From Candidatus Marinacidobacterium sp. (GTDB lineage Bacteria > Acidobacteriota > Vicinamibacteria > Marinacidobacterales > Marinacidobacteraceae), in assembly GCA_965220965.1 (NCBI GenBank), contig CBDCRI010000001.1:32001-96000 (forward strand): a DNA stretch of 64,000 nucleotides, in the 5' to 3' direction. Numbering within the stretch: the stretch's first letter is position 1; each line of letters starts with the position of its first letter. The position numbers were made by a program, and so were the translations under genes. Under the pieces are notes generated by a model. It had not been told where the DNA came from. It searched no databases and saw nothing but the letters and a program-made list of their open reading frames with translations. Below, one piece after another: positions 1 through 8,712 of this stretch.

Positions 1-152
1 TCTTGCTAGGCCGGGCGAGTCTTCTCTTGGAGCGGGGGGTAGCGGTTGCTATGCTGGCCGCTGGAGCCTGAGGGCAGAAAGCAAACAAGTTGGCAGAGTT
101 CGGGAGGAATTCACCTCCGCAATCAGCCAGAGTGAGGGACTAAGGGGGGGTC

Positions 153-1883
153 ATGGGCAACAAGGCCATTCTTACGTGGAGTCTGCCCGCCCTCCTAGTG
201 TGTTTGTTGGCCCCTTCCCCTGCCTATGCCCAGGAGAACGAGTGCCCGCCGGGCAGCTTGGGCGGCTTCATCGTCGCGCAGGAGGGTCCGGCGGGCTCCT
301 CGCACTGCCTCACCGACCCGAAGATCATGCGCTTCGGCGCGGGCGGCGACCTGCACCTGCGCGCCACCGCCGACTACCCGATGCCGCCGTACCCGATCGG
401 CACCGAGCTGGAGATAAAGGCGCTGCCGGCCTGGGGCGACGCCGGCCGGCCGCTGCTGTTCGGCGGCGAGAGCAGCGACGTGGAGAGCCCGCCCGCCAAT
501 CAGGGCCGCATCGACTGGCCGCCCCGGTGGGAGGAGGTGAAGCGCTGGGAGGCCCGCGGCCTGGTCTCGATCACGCCGGTCACCGCGGCCCCCAACGCGC
601 CGCGCTCGCTCGGCCCCTGGGGGGCGTGCTCCGCCTCCTGCGGGGCGCAGGACAACTGCGGCACGGCGCAGGGCCAGCAGACGCGGACCTGCACGGCGGG
701 GACCGGCAGCCACGCCTCGGAGACCTGCGACGGGCAGGTGCTGTCGCGGGCGTGCAGCGTGAGCTGCCCCTGCACGTGCACCTGGCAGGTTGGGGCTTGG
801 AATCCTGACCCGGCGACGCTCTGCCCGCAGTACTCGGCGACCCGCACGGTGCGCTCGAGCGCCGCCGGCTGCACGCCGGCCGCGTCGCAGCCGGCGACTT
901 CCACGCCCGGCACGAAGCAGAACTGCCCCACCCAGACCTGCCGCTGGCAGACCTCGGCGTGGAGCCCCGACCCGTCGACCATCTGCCCGCACGAATCGGC
1001 GAGCCGCTCCGTGTGGGAGAGCCCGTCGGGTTGCTCGCCGGCCGGTGAGAAGCCGGCCACCTCCACGGCGGGCACCAGGACGGACTGCACGTGCAGCTAC
1101 GGGAGCTGGAGACCTTCCGCGAGCACGCGCTGCATAGGCACAGCGTTCACGCAGACGCGCTCCGCGTCCCCCGCCGGCTGCACGGAGACCAGCCGGCAGG
1201 CCACCGGGACGAAGCCTCAAGGCCGAGGAACGCTCGGGCCGTGGGGAGATTGGGGCTCCTGGTCGGCCTGCGAGAATGGCCAGAAATCGCGAAGCCGCAG
1301 CCGGAGCTGCACGCCAGGGGATTGCGGGGGCAGCTGCGTTGGCCCCACCAGCCAAACCCAAACCGCGGACTGCGGCGGTCCCGAACCCCCGCCCTGCACC
1401 TACGCGTGGTCCCCGGCAACGAACACCGTGTGCGCCGGCGTGCCCTTCAAGCAGCACGGGACGAGGACGAACTCTCCCTGCGATGGATCACCAAACCCGG
1501 AGCGGGACGCCACCGGGACCAAGCCCCAAACGCCGGGGTCTTGGTCAGCATGGTCCTGTGGGCCATGGTCACCTTGGTCAGCGTGTTCGAACGGGCAGAA
1601 GACCAGGACCGCAAGCTGCACAAGAAGCTGTCAAGAAGGCACGTGTGGAGGCAGCTGCTCAGGGGCCTCATCAAAAACAAACACCGAAAGCGAGGCCTGT
1701 GCCACGCTCGCTTTGTACGATTGCTGGTACATGAACCCCTTCGATACACGCGAAAAGTCGCAACGGGCGTATGACTGCTGCTCGGAGCCTTCTCAGCCGA
1801 CGATTCAGGATTGCGGGCTCCCGACGTACATGCGCTGCTTCCGCGTGCCGGGCCACCAATGCTGGCAACGAGGCATACAGTGA
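153..1883 (+). CDS. Secreted cysteine-rich thrombospondin type-1 (TSP1)-like repeat protein
   Basis: Signal peptide (..LLAPSPAYA). TSP1-like WxxWxxC..RxRxC motifs (PWGACSASCG..QTRTC; WGDWGSWSACENGQKSRSRSRSC; WSPWSACSNGQKTRTASC) plus a second repeat type W.P.....C....GTK. Confidence 0.75.
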   Translation: MGNKAILTWSLPALLVCLLAPSPAYAQENECPPGSLGGFIVAQEGPAGSSHCLTDPKIMRFGAGGDLHLRATADYPMPPYPIGTELEIKALPAWGDAGRPLLFGGESSDVESPPANQGRIDWPPRWEEVKRWEARGLVSITPVTAAPNAPRSLGPWGACSASCGAQDNCGTAQGQQTRTCTAGTGSHASETCDGQVLSRACSVSCPCTCTWQVGAWNPDPATLCPQYSATRTVRSSAAGCTPAASQPATSTPGTKQNCPTQTCRWQTSAWSPDPSTICPHESASRSVWESPSGCSPAGEKPATSTAGTRTDCTCSYGSWRPSASTRCIGTAFTQTRSASPAGCTETSRQATGTKPQGRGTLGPWGDWGSWSACENGQKSRSRSRSCTPGDCGGSCVGPTSQTQTADCGGPEPPPCTYAWSPATNTVCAGVPFKQHGTRTNSPCDGSPNPERDATGTKPQTPGSWSAWSCGPWSPWSACSNGQKTRTASCTRSCQEGTCGGSCSGASSKTNTESEACATLALYDCWYMNPFDTREKSQRAYDCCSEPSQPTIQDCGLPTYMRCFRVPGHQCWQRGIQ

Positions 1884-2157
1884 TCGGCAGCCCGATTGGC
1901 TGCGGACAATCCGGATGCGTGACGTGCTCTCCCTATGGCGCCATTGGGTTGTTGATAGCTTCTGCACGCAGAACGTTGAGTTGCCGTTTCGCAGGCTTAG
2001 GCTAGGGGCTTCAGAGGAGCTGGCCCATTCGCCGGACTTGCTCACCAAGGCCTTTGCGAGCGGCGCCGCCCGGCTCCTCTCCGGCGGACGCTGCTGTCAA
2101 GGGGCCACGTTATAATTCGGGCGCACTGAACAGCCATCCCGTGAGCCGACCGACCCA

Positions 2158-2667
2158 ATGCAACGTCTCCTGCCCGCCCTCTGCCTCGCCTTCGCCTTGG
2201 CCGCCGCCCCCGACGCGTATGGACAGGGCTGCCCGCCCCCCGATTGCCGGTGGGCCGAGGTCATCCGCGTGGTGGACGGCGACACCGTCACGGCCTCCGT
2301 CGCGTCGCCGGAAGGGAAGGGGCTTGAGCGCCTTCGCGTGCGCCTCGCCGGCATCGACGCCCCGGAGTCCGACCAGCCCTGGGGCGGCAGGGCCGGCGCG
2401 GCCCTCAGGTCGCTCGCCTTGGGCAGGACCGTCGCCCTTCACGTTGACGGCACGGACCGCTACGGCCGGACCATCGCCGTTCTGGTGATCGGCGGCGTGG
2501 ACCTCAACCAGGAAATGGTCAGGACCGGCAACGCCTGGGTGTACCGGCGCTACGCGCCGGCCGGCTGGCTGCCGATCGAGACGGAGGCGCGCGCGGCGCG
2601 GCGCGGGCTCTGGGCGCAGGACGCCCCCGTGCCGCCCTGGCAGTGGCGCCGCGGTGAGCGGCCCTAG
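2158..2667 (+). CDS. Secreted thermonuclease (SNase-like)
   Basis: Motifs VVDGDTV, VRLAGIDAPE, DRYGR, LNQEMVRTGNAW, ARRGLW; signal peptide; TATAAT at about 2111. Confidence 0.92.
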   Translation: MQRLLPALCLAFALAAAPDAYGQGCPPPDCRWAEVIRVVDGDTVTASVASPEGKGLERLRVRLAGIDAPESDQPWGGRAGAALRSLALGRTVALHVDGTDRYGRTIAVLVIGGVDLNQEMVRTGNAWVYRRYAPAGWLPIETEARAARRGLWAQDAPVPPWQWRRGERP

Positions 2668-2785
2668 GAGGCCGCAGGAGGGCCGCAGCGGCCCGCCCGC
2701 TCCCTTTGGGCGGGCCAGACGGGAAAAGGCCGTGAGCGGCCCCACGTTGCGCCACAGGGCCTGATCGGCGCACGCCGGCCTTCCG

Positions 2786-3262
2786 ATGCCCGCCCTGCCG
2801 ACGCCCCGGACCCCCGATGACTGGTCGCCCGATGGCAACCCGACCGTGCGCACCCTGCTCGCGGTCGGCGCGAACCGGGCCGTCGGGGCCCGCTACCGCC
2901 GCCGCCTGGAGCGGGCCTTCGGCGCCCTGCACCTCGAGCGGGAGTTCTGCGAGGCGACGGCGATGCGCATCGCCCAGGGCATCTGGCTCGACGAGTGGCG
3001 GGCGCAGCGGCCCGGGCGGGCCGGCCCTCCGGAGGTCGAGTGGATCCCGAACGCCACCCACCTGGTCGGCTGCCTGACGCTCCCCCACGGCGGGGAGGAC
3101 GGGGATGAGGCCGCGCCGGAGGCCGCCAGGGGCTTCACGCTGGTGCCGGAGGCCGGGGTCTGGATACGCCCGATCATGGCCGTGCCGCACCGCATGGCCC
3201 GCCTGACCCCGGCGTTGACCGTGGCCCTGCGCCTTGCGCGCCGGCTCGGCGGCTTTGGTTAG
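2786..3262 (+). CDS. Hypothetical protein
   Basis: 158-aa ORF with GC-rich third codon positions and normal composition. Confidence 0.55.
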   Translation: MPALPTPRTPDDWSPDGNPTVRTLLAVGANRAVGARYRRRLERAFGALHLEREFCEATAMRIAQGIWLDEWRAQRPGRAGPPEVEWIPNATHLVGCLTLPHGGEDGDEAAPEAARGFTLVPEAGVWIRPIMAVPHRMARLTPALTVALRLARRLGGFG

Positions 3263-3323
3263 GGGCGGGGGAGGGGCCGGCGCCGGCCCTGGAGGGAGGC
3301 CCCGCCCGTGGCGGATGGGGACA

Positions 3324-3902
3324 TCACTGCCTCGGGGGCTTGCCGTATCGCCACTCCCACTCGACCCCGCGCATGGCCTCCAGCTTGGCGCCGTAGGCGG
3401 ACCAGTCAATGGGCACGTCGTACTCCCACCATTCCGTGCCGTAGGGCCTGGCGAGCAGCAGCGCGAAGAGCCACCAGAATACGAAGATCGAGTGCAGGCG
3501 GATGTCCGGCGGGGTGGCGATCGCGACCGCCACGGTCAGCGCCAGGAGGATGAACGTCCACATCCCGATGCGGTACCACTGCAGGCTGCGGCAGCGCCGC
3601 ACGAGGCAGGCGAACAGCGGGAGGGCCGGAACCCAGTCGATGAGCGCCTGCACGGGGCCGACCCACGCTTCCGGGACCTCCATGCCGTGCTGAGCGGCCG
3701 AGTGCCGGATGAAGACCATCACGCTCCACCACGCCCAAGCGAAGGCCACGACGCAGAGCAGCTCGCGAAGCCATCCCCGGACGGTGGGCGTTGGGGTGAA
3801 GTCCAGGCACCGGCGCCAGACGTCCATGCTGACCCGCGGGTTGTCGAAGAACAGCGGGAAGGGACGCCACGCCCGCGGCTCGGGAACCCGTTCTTCGTCC
3901 AT
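3324..3902 (-). CDS. Hypothetical membrane protein
   Basis: About four hydrophobic segments, Trp-rich; AT-rich promoter-like region directly upstream. Confidence 0.65.
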   Translation of the reverse strand: MDEERVPEPRAWRPFPLFFDNPRVSMDVWRRCLDFTPTPTVRGWLRELLCVVAFAWAWWSVMVFIRHSAAQHGMEVPEAWVGPVQALIDWVPALPLFACLVRRCRSLQWYRIGMWTFILLALTVAVAIATPPDIRLHSIFVFWWLFALLLARPYGTEWWEYDVPIDWSAYGAKLEAMRGVEWEWRYGKPPRQ

Positions 3903-3913
3903 GGGCGCTTTCC

Positions 3914-3960
3914 GTTATAACTTTATAAATTTATAAATATTATAGCATTATAAATATATA
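3914..3960. promoter_or_regulatory. Nearly pure A/T tract (candidate DNA-unwinding element or promoter)
   Basis: GTTATAACTTTATAAATTTATAAATATTATAGCATTATAAATATATA in a very GC-rich context; contains the palindrome TTTATAAATTTATAAA (3922-3937). Confidence 0.6.
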
Positions 3961-4076
3961 CTGACCCCCGATTCGCGAACTTGGCCTTTCGGACGAGGGG
4001 CGAAGCCATGGAGGGGTGGAAACTGCCCCTCCCAGGGGCCTCCTGGAGCCCCCAATGGACAGTGGATTTGCACGAA

Positions 4077-4157
4077 ACGCCACTAAGACGCCACTAAGAC
4101 GCCACTAAGACGCCACTAAGACGCCACTAAGTGGCCACTGAGTGGCCACTCAGTGGC
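4077..4157. repeat. 11-bp tandem repeat array ending in a 24-bp palindrome
   Basis: Five perfect ACGCCACTAAG copies (4077-4131), then TGGCCACTGAG and TGGCCACTCAG. Positions 4134-4157 (GCCACTGAGTGGCCACTCAGTGGC) are a perfect palindrome. Confidence 0.95.
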
Positions 4158-4379
4158 AAAGAGCCTTCCTCCTCCCCCCGCCAGCTTCCCATTTCGAGGA
4201 GAAAGGGGGCAGCCATCTCAACGGGAAGTTGCCGCGCGATTCCAGGGCCAAGTTCCCGTCCCTGAGCGGCCATGGCGGAAGACGGACTGAGTGAGCTGCC
4301 GCTTCAGCTCCCCAGAGGCGGGGGTCGGCGCGTGGCGGACGTGTGCGTTCATGACCCGGCGCAAGCGCACATGATGGCG

Positions 4380-4838
4380 TCAATAGCCCATGTCCAGCTG
4401 CTGGGCATCCGCGGCCAGTTCGTCGAGCGCCCGGCGTCGGGCCGCGTCCGTCGCGTTCCTGTGGCGGAGGACGGCGTCGGAGCGCACGCGCCGGTGCGTT
4501 CCGACCTTGCGATGGGGAATGGCGCCCGTTTCGAGAAGCCCGACGAGGAAGGGGTGCGAGACGTTGAGCAAATCGGCCGCCTGCTGGGTGGTCAGCTCCG
4601 CGTCCTTGCGGATCACCGCAACCGAACTGCCCGAAGCCATCCCCTCAAGGGCGTCCAGCAGGACGACGCCGAGCGATGCGGGCAGCTCAATTGCGTACCG
4701 CCCGCCAGCGTCGCTGACCTGGAGCGACGGTGCGGGCTTTGCGTCGAGCAAGGCACGCAGGCGCTCGCTGGAGGCCCGGGCGAGGTCGACGTCCGCTTTC
4801 GAAGGCAGGGGCGGGCGTGTCTGCGCATCCATCCTCAT
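4380..4838 (-). CDS. Excisionase-family (HTH_17) DNA-binding protein
   Basis: ELTTQQAADLLNVSHPFLVGLLETGAIPHRKVGTHRRV motif and C-terminal QQLDMGY; GAGG RBS before ATG 4838. Confidence 0.88.
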   Translation of the reverse strand: MRMDAQTRPPLPSKADVDLARASSERLRALLDAKPAPSLQVSDAGGRYAIELPASLGVVLLDALEGMASGSSVAVIRKDAELTTQQAADLLNVSHPFLVGLLETGAIPHRKVGTHRRVRSDAVLRHRNATDAARRRALDELAADAQQLDMGY

Positions 4839-5567
4839 GACGCCTCGACTTGCTTTGCGGGCAACCCTAGCGGCCCATTCCACCCAACGCAACATCCGAA
4901 ACGGCGGGCGGGAGGGCAACGGGCAGAGGGGCATTGGGGATCGTCACGTGCCCCTCGGCTTTGAGCGCCGGCAAGCGCGACGGCGCCCCGTCGCGAGCTC
5001 CATCCGGCCAGCGGTCGAGCCGGGGCTTCCTCTTGCCCTCAACCCCCCTCCCCAAACACGTGGTTCGGCACGAACTCGCAGGGGGCTGGAGTGCCTGCCC
5101 GGCCGCAAGGTGCGGCAAGGCGCGGTCCATCGACACGCCCTTCGCGAAGGCGGGCCATCCGCGCGCCTCGCCCGTCGGGATCGCGGAAGCGGCCACGGCG
5201 CTTCGACATGCCCTCGTTCAATTCGATCAAGGGCGCGTTTCGAACGCCGCGGTGGGCCTTGCCCGCAGGCCCGGGTTCGGCCCGCCATTCCCGGGCATCC
5301 GAAAAAGGCAATGCAAGGAGGGCCTTCGCCGGGCGGCGGGCAAGCGCGTCAGCGTAACCGGGCGCGGTTCGGAAGCTCGCGCTGCGCAACGCTCTGGAGC
5401 GGCTTAGCAGGGTGCCGAACGCCCCCCCCCGACCGTCGATTGGGCACGGCTCAGCCGGGCGCCGCCGGCCCAGGCGCGGGCGTGCGACAGGCCGCCCCGG
5501 TCGGCAGCGCCACGCCCTGCCTTGGCGTCATTCTCCGGACCGCGGGCGGCGCGCCCTCGATTGCGCA

Positions 5568-6770
5568 TCAAGCGGCGGACGGCCGGGGCAGGGTGCAGGA
5601 CTTCAACTCGCCGACGTAGTCCCGCAGCGCTTGGATGCCGGTGGCCTCGGCGTCCCGGCACCAGTCGCGCAGGGCCGCCAGCAGGTCGTCGGCGTTGCCG
5701 CCGCGCTTGGCCCAGATGCCATGCAGGCGCAGGCGCAGGCTGTGGGCAGCGGCGAGGGCTTGGCTGGCGTCCACGGCCGCCTCAATGCGCCGCATGCCGC
5801 TGGCGCTCACTCGGGCCTGCTCCCGGCACAGCGCCGCCCGCGCCCGCCGGAACAGCTTGACGGTGGCCTGGTCGGCATTGGCGCACTCAAGCTTGATGAG
5901 CGGCTTGACCACTTGGCTCCTGTACTTGGCCATCAGCCGGAAGCGGTCGTTGAGCACCGCCCAAGCGGTGTCAATGTCCAGCGTGGTCTTGCCGGGCACC
6001 TGCTTGACGATGGGGCCGGTGCTCTTCGGTTTCGCGAGCCCGAACGCCTGGAAAAGACGGATCCACATCCATCCGATGTCGAACTCCCACCACTTTTGCG
6101 AGAGCTTCGCGGAATTGGGGTAGGCGTGATGGTTGTTGTGCAGCTCCTCGCCGCCAATGACGATGCCCCAAGGCAGCATGTTGGCGCTGGCGTCAGGGGA
6201 CTCATAGTTGCGGTAGCCCCAAAAGTGGCCGATGCCATTGACCACGCCGGCCCCCAGCACCGGGATCCAGAGCATCTGCACGGCCCAGACCGTCAGGCCA
6301 ATGAAGCCGAACAGAAGGATGTTGATGGCGGCGAGAATGGTCACGCCCGCCGTGGGGTGGCGGGAGTAAAGGTTGCGCTCCACCCAGTCGTCCGGGCAGC
6401 CGGCGCCGTAGCGCTCAACGGAGGCGCGGTCCGCGGCGGCCTCCCGGTAGGCTTCCGTGCCTTTCCAGAAGATCGCCCCCAATCCCCGCCTCTGCGGGCT
6501 GTGCGGGTCGTCGTCGGTCTCGGTGGCGGCGTGGTGCTTGCGGTGCACGGCCACCCATTCCCGGGTGATCATGCCCGTGGTGAGCCACGACCAGAAGCGG
6601 AGGAAGTGCTGCAGCGCCGGATGCAGGTCCAGCGCCCGATGCGCGGCGTGCCGGTGCAGGTAGACCGTCACGGTGACGATGGTGACGTGCGTGGTTGCCA
6701 GGACGTAGGCAACGACGCCCCAAGTTGAGGGGTTCGCAAGTCCATGGCCAAGCCAATGCAATGTGTCCAA
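5568..6770 (-). CDS. desA: Delta-9 fatty acid (acyl-CoA) desaturase
   Basis: His boxes LHRHAAH, HRKHH and ELHNNHH; WWEFDIGW; TTG start with AGGGAG RBS. Confidence 0.93.
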   Translation of the reverse strand: MDTLHWLGHGLANPSTWGVVAYVLATTHVTIVTVTVYLHRHAAHRALDLHPALQHFLRFWSWLTTGMITREWVAVHRKHHAATETDDDPHSPQRRGLGAIFWKGTEAYREAAADRASVERYGAGCPDDWVERNLYSRHPTAGVTILAAINILLFGFIGLTVWAVQMLWIPVLGAGVVNGIGHFWGYRNYESPDASANMLPWGIVIGGEELHNNHHAYPNSAKLSQKWWEFDIGWMWIRLFQAFGLAKPKSTGPIVKQVPGKTTLDIDTAWAVLNDRFRLMAKYRSQVVKPLIKLECANADQATVKLFRRARAALCREQARVSASGMRRIEAAVDASQALAAAHSLRLRLHGIWAKRGGNADDLLAALRDWCRDAEATGIQALRDYVGELKSCTLPRPSAA

Positions 6771-7022
6771 CGGCGTTCGCTCCCTTACCTTGTTGTTGTG
6801 TGTCGCCTTCCCTTGGGCCCGGTTGCCGGGCCGCCCTCCCGATCCCGGGGGCGGCCTCCTTGCTGGCGCCATTGCGCGCATCGATCGCGGGCGCAGGGGA
6901 ACTCTGGCGACAACGACCGCCCATTGCAAGCCCGCGCGACGGCTCAGGGCCTTGCGGGGTTCGGGCCTGCCGGATCAGGTGGCGTCCCCGATTCCGACAG
7001 GATCCTGAGCCGCCGCAGCGGT

Positions 7023-7051
7023 TTGACTTTTCCGGGGCCGCTAGGTACGTT
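7023..7051 (+). promoter_or_regulatory. Sigma70-type promoter of the dotI-dotH-dotG operon
   Basis: TTGACT-17 bp-TACGTT, 7 nt before ATG 7059. Confidence 0.55.
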
Positions 7052-7058
7052 TTTTCGC

Positions 7059-7391
7059 ATGGCGGCTCGACGCGACAAGGGGTTCAGGCCCGGCCCGGCG
7101 CCGGCCGACCCGGCCGCGCAGCGCGGCCAGCTGCTCCGGCTCCGAACGGCCGCCATCCGCGGCGGCAGCCGCCACGCGCTGGCCAGGCGCGTGCGCCGGA
7201 CGCTGTGGCTGTTCATGGCGCTGAACCTGGCGACCTTCGCCGCGCTGCTGGCGACGACGCTGCTGCGGGCGGCCAACGCGCAGACCGAGTACCGGATCGA
7301 GCTCTCGGCCGGCGGCACCGCCCCGCTGCGCCCGCTGCCGGAGGCGGAGGCCCGCGCCCTGGCCGCGGCCCGCCAGGGCGCCGCGGACTGA
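7059..7391 (+). CDS. Small single-TM protein, possibly IcmM/DotJ-like
   Basis: One TM helix; lies immediately upstream of the dotI-like gene. Confidence 0.45.
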   Translation: MAARRDKGFRPGPAPADPAAQRGQLLRLRTAAIRGGSRHALARRVRRTLWLFMALNLATFAALLATTLLRAANAQTEYRIELSAGGTAPLRPLPEAEARALAAARQGAAD

Positions 7392-7396
7392 CCCGC

Positions 7397-8140
7397 ATGG
7401 CCGCCGCCCGCGAGGGCGGGGAGCGCCGGCGGCGCCTGCCCCGGCTCTTCGCCCGCAAGCCCACCGAGACCTCCTCGGAGGCGCCGCCCTCGGAGCGGGT
7501 GGCGGCCACCGCCTCGGCGACGCTGGCCTCGCAGTCGCTGCTCACGGTCGGCTGCGTCCTGTCGGCGGTGGCGCTGTGCGTCTCGCTGGCGGCGCTCACC
7601 ATGGAGCTCAACAGGCTGCCGGAGCGCGTGTACTTCTCCGGCGACAGCGAGGGCCGCCTGCTGCCCCTCGCCCCCTTGGGCCGGCCGCACTACAGCCGGG
7701 CGTTCGTCTCCGACTGGCTGGTCGGGAGCCTGACCGAGCTGTGGACCTTCCACCACGGCAACTGGCGCAGCCACCTGACCCGGAGCACCCAGGAGTCCTT
7801 CACCGACGGCGGGCGCCTGCTGTTCCTGGAGGCGCTCGCCAGCACGGTCGACCTCGGGGAGCTTGAGCGCAACCGCAACTGGGTCTCGATCGAGTGGTCG
7901 TCGAACCCCGTGCTGGTGGAGGAGGGGCTGCGGCGGCGCCCGGACGGCAGCTACTTCTCGGCCTGGGACTGGGTGTGGCGCATCGACGCCGTGCTGACGG
8001 TCGCCAACGACGACCTGGCCAGCCGGACGCCGATGGAGGTGACGGCGGTGGTCACCCGCACCGGGATGCGCTCCGGGGGGCTGGGCCTGGCGCTGCGCAG
8101 CCTGGTGATGGCGCCGGCCCGGGGGGACGGCCCCGAATGA
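7397..8140 (+). CDS. dotI: DotI/IcmL/TraM family type IVB secretion protein
   Basis: TM helix, then PERVYFSGDSEGRLLPLAPL, WLVGSLTELWTF..NWR, FTDGG..FLEAL and a terminal GLALRSL. Confidence 0.8.
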   Translation: MAAAREGGERRRRLPRLFARKPTETSSEAPPSERVAATASATLASQSLLTVGCVLSAVALCVSLAALTMELNRLPERVYFSGDSEGRLLPLAPLGRPHYSRAFVSDWLVGSLTELWTFHHGNWRSHLTRSTQESFTDGGRLLFLEALASTVDLGELERNRNWVSIEWSSNPVLVEEGLRRRPDGSYFSAWDWVWRIDAVLTVANDDLASRTPMEVTAVVTRTGMRSGGLGLALRSLVMAPARGDGPE

Positions 8141-8712
8141 GGGGGCGGGCGGCGCTGGTGCTCGCCACGCCGCTGGCCCTGCTGGCGGCCGCGGCGCTGC
8201 AGACCTGCGCCTCGACCCACCGCGCCGCCCCCGCCCACCTGTACATCGACCCCGCCGGCGCCCCCGTGCGGATGATCCCCTTCCGGCGACCCGCGCAGGC
8301 CAACCGCCAAGTCTCGGACTGGCTGCGGGTGGCCCTGGTGGAGCTGTGGTCGTACAGCTACCGCGACTACGACGAGCACCTGCTGCGGGTCGGCGGCGGC
8401 ATCCTCTCGCCGGCGGCGCTGGTCTCCTTCGAGGCGGCCAACGGCGGCTTCGTCGAGGGGCTGAGGCGCGTGCGCGGCTGGACCTCGTTCGTCGCGCTCG
8501 GCGAGCCTTTGCTGCTTGACAGGAAAAGTCAAGTCAATCAAATTGAGGAATGGTTGTTCGAGGTGGTCGGCCAATGGCAGATTTCGCGCAGGGACGCCGC
8601 GCCCCAGGTCCACGACATGGTCCTGCACGTGCGCGTGGCGTCCGACCCGGCGGCGGGCCACGAGCTGCGCATCACCGCGATGGACCTGCGCTCCAATGAC
8701 CGGCGCACCTGA
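8137..8712 (+). CDS. Second DotI/IcmL-like paralog
   Basis: VSDWLRVALVELWSYSYRDYDEHL parallels the upstream gene; ATGA overlap. Confidence 0.65.
   Translation: MRGRAALVLATPLALLAAAALQTCASTHRAAPAHLYIDPAGAPVRMIPFRRPAQANRQVSDWLRVALVELWSYSYRDYDEHLLRVGGGILSPAALVSFEAANGGFVEGLRRVRGWTSFVALGEPLLLDRKSQVNQIEEWLFEVVGQWQISRRDAAPQVHDMVLHVRVASDPAAGHELRITAMDLRSNDRRT

Noticed and set aside
4077-4157. Possible CRISPR array
   Set aside because: The repeats are 11 bp and contiguous, with no spacers and no cas genes.
5568-5950. Transposase-like C-terminus of the desaturase
   Set aside because: This helical tail is a normal part of proteobacterial DesA; no IS ends or DDE motif are seen.
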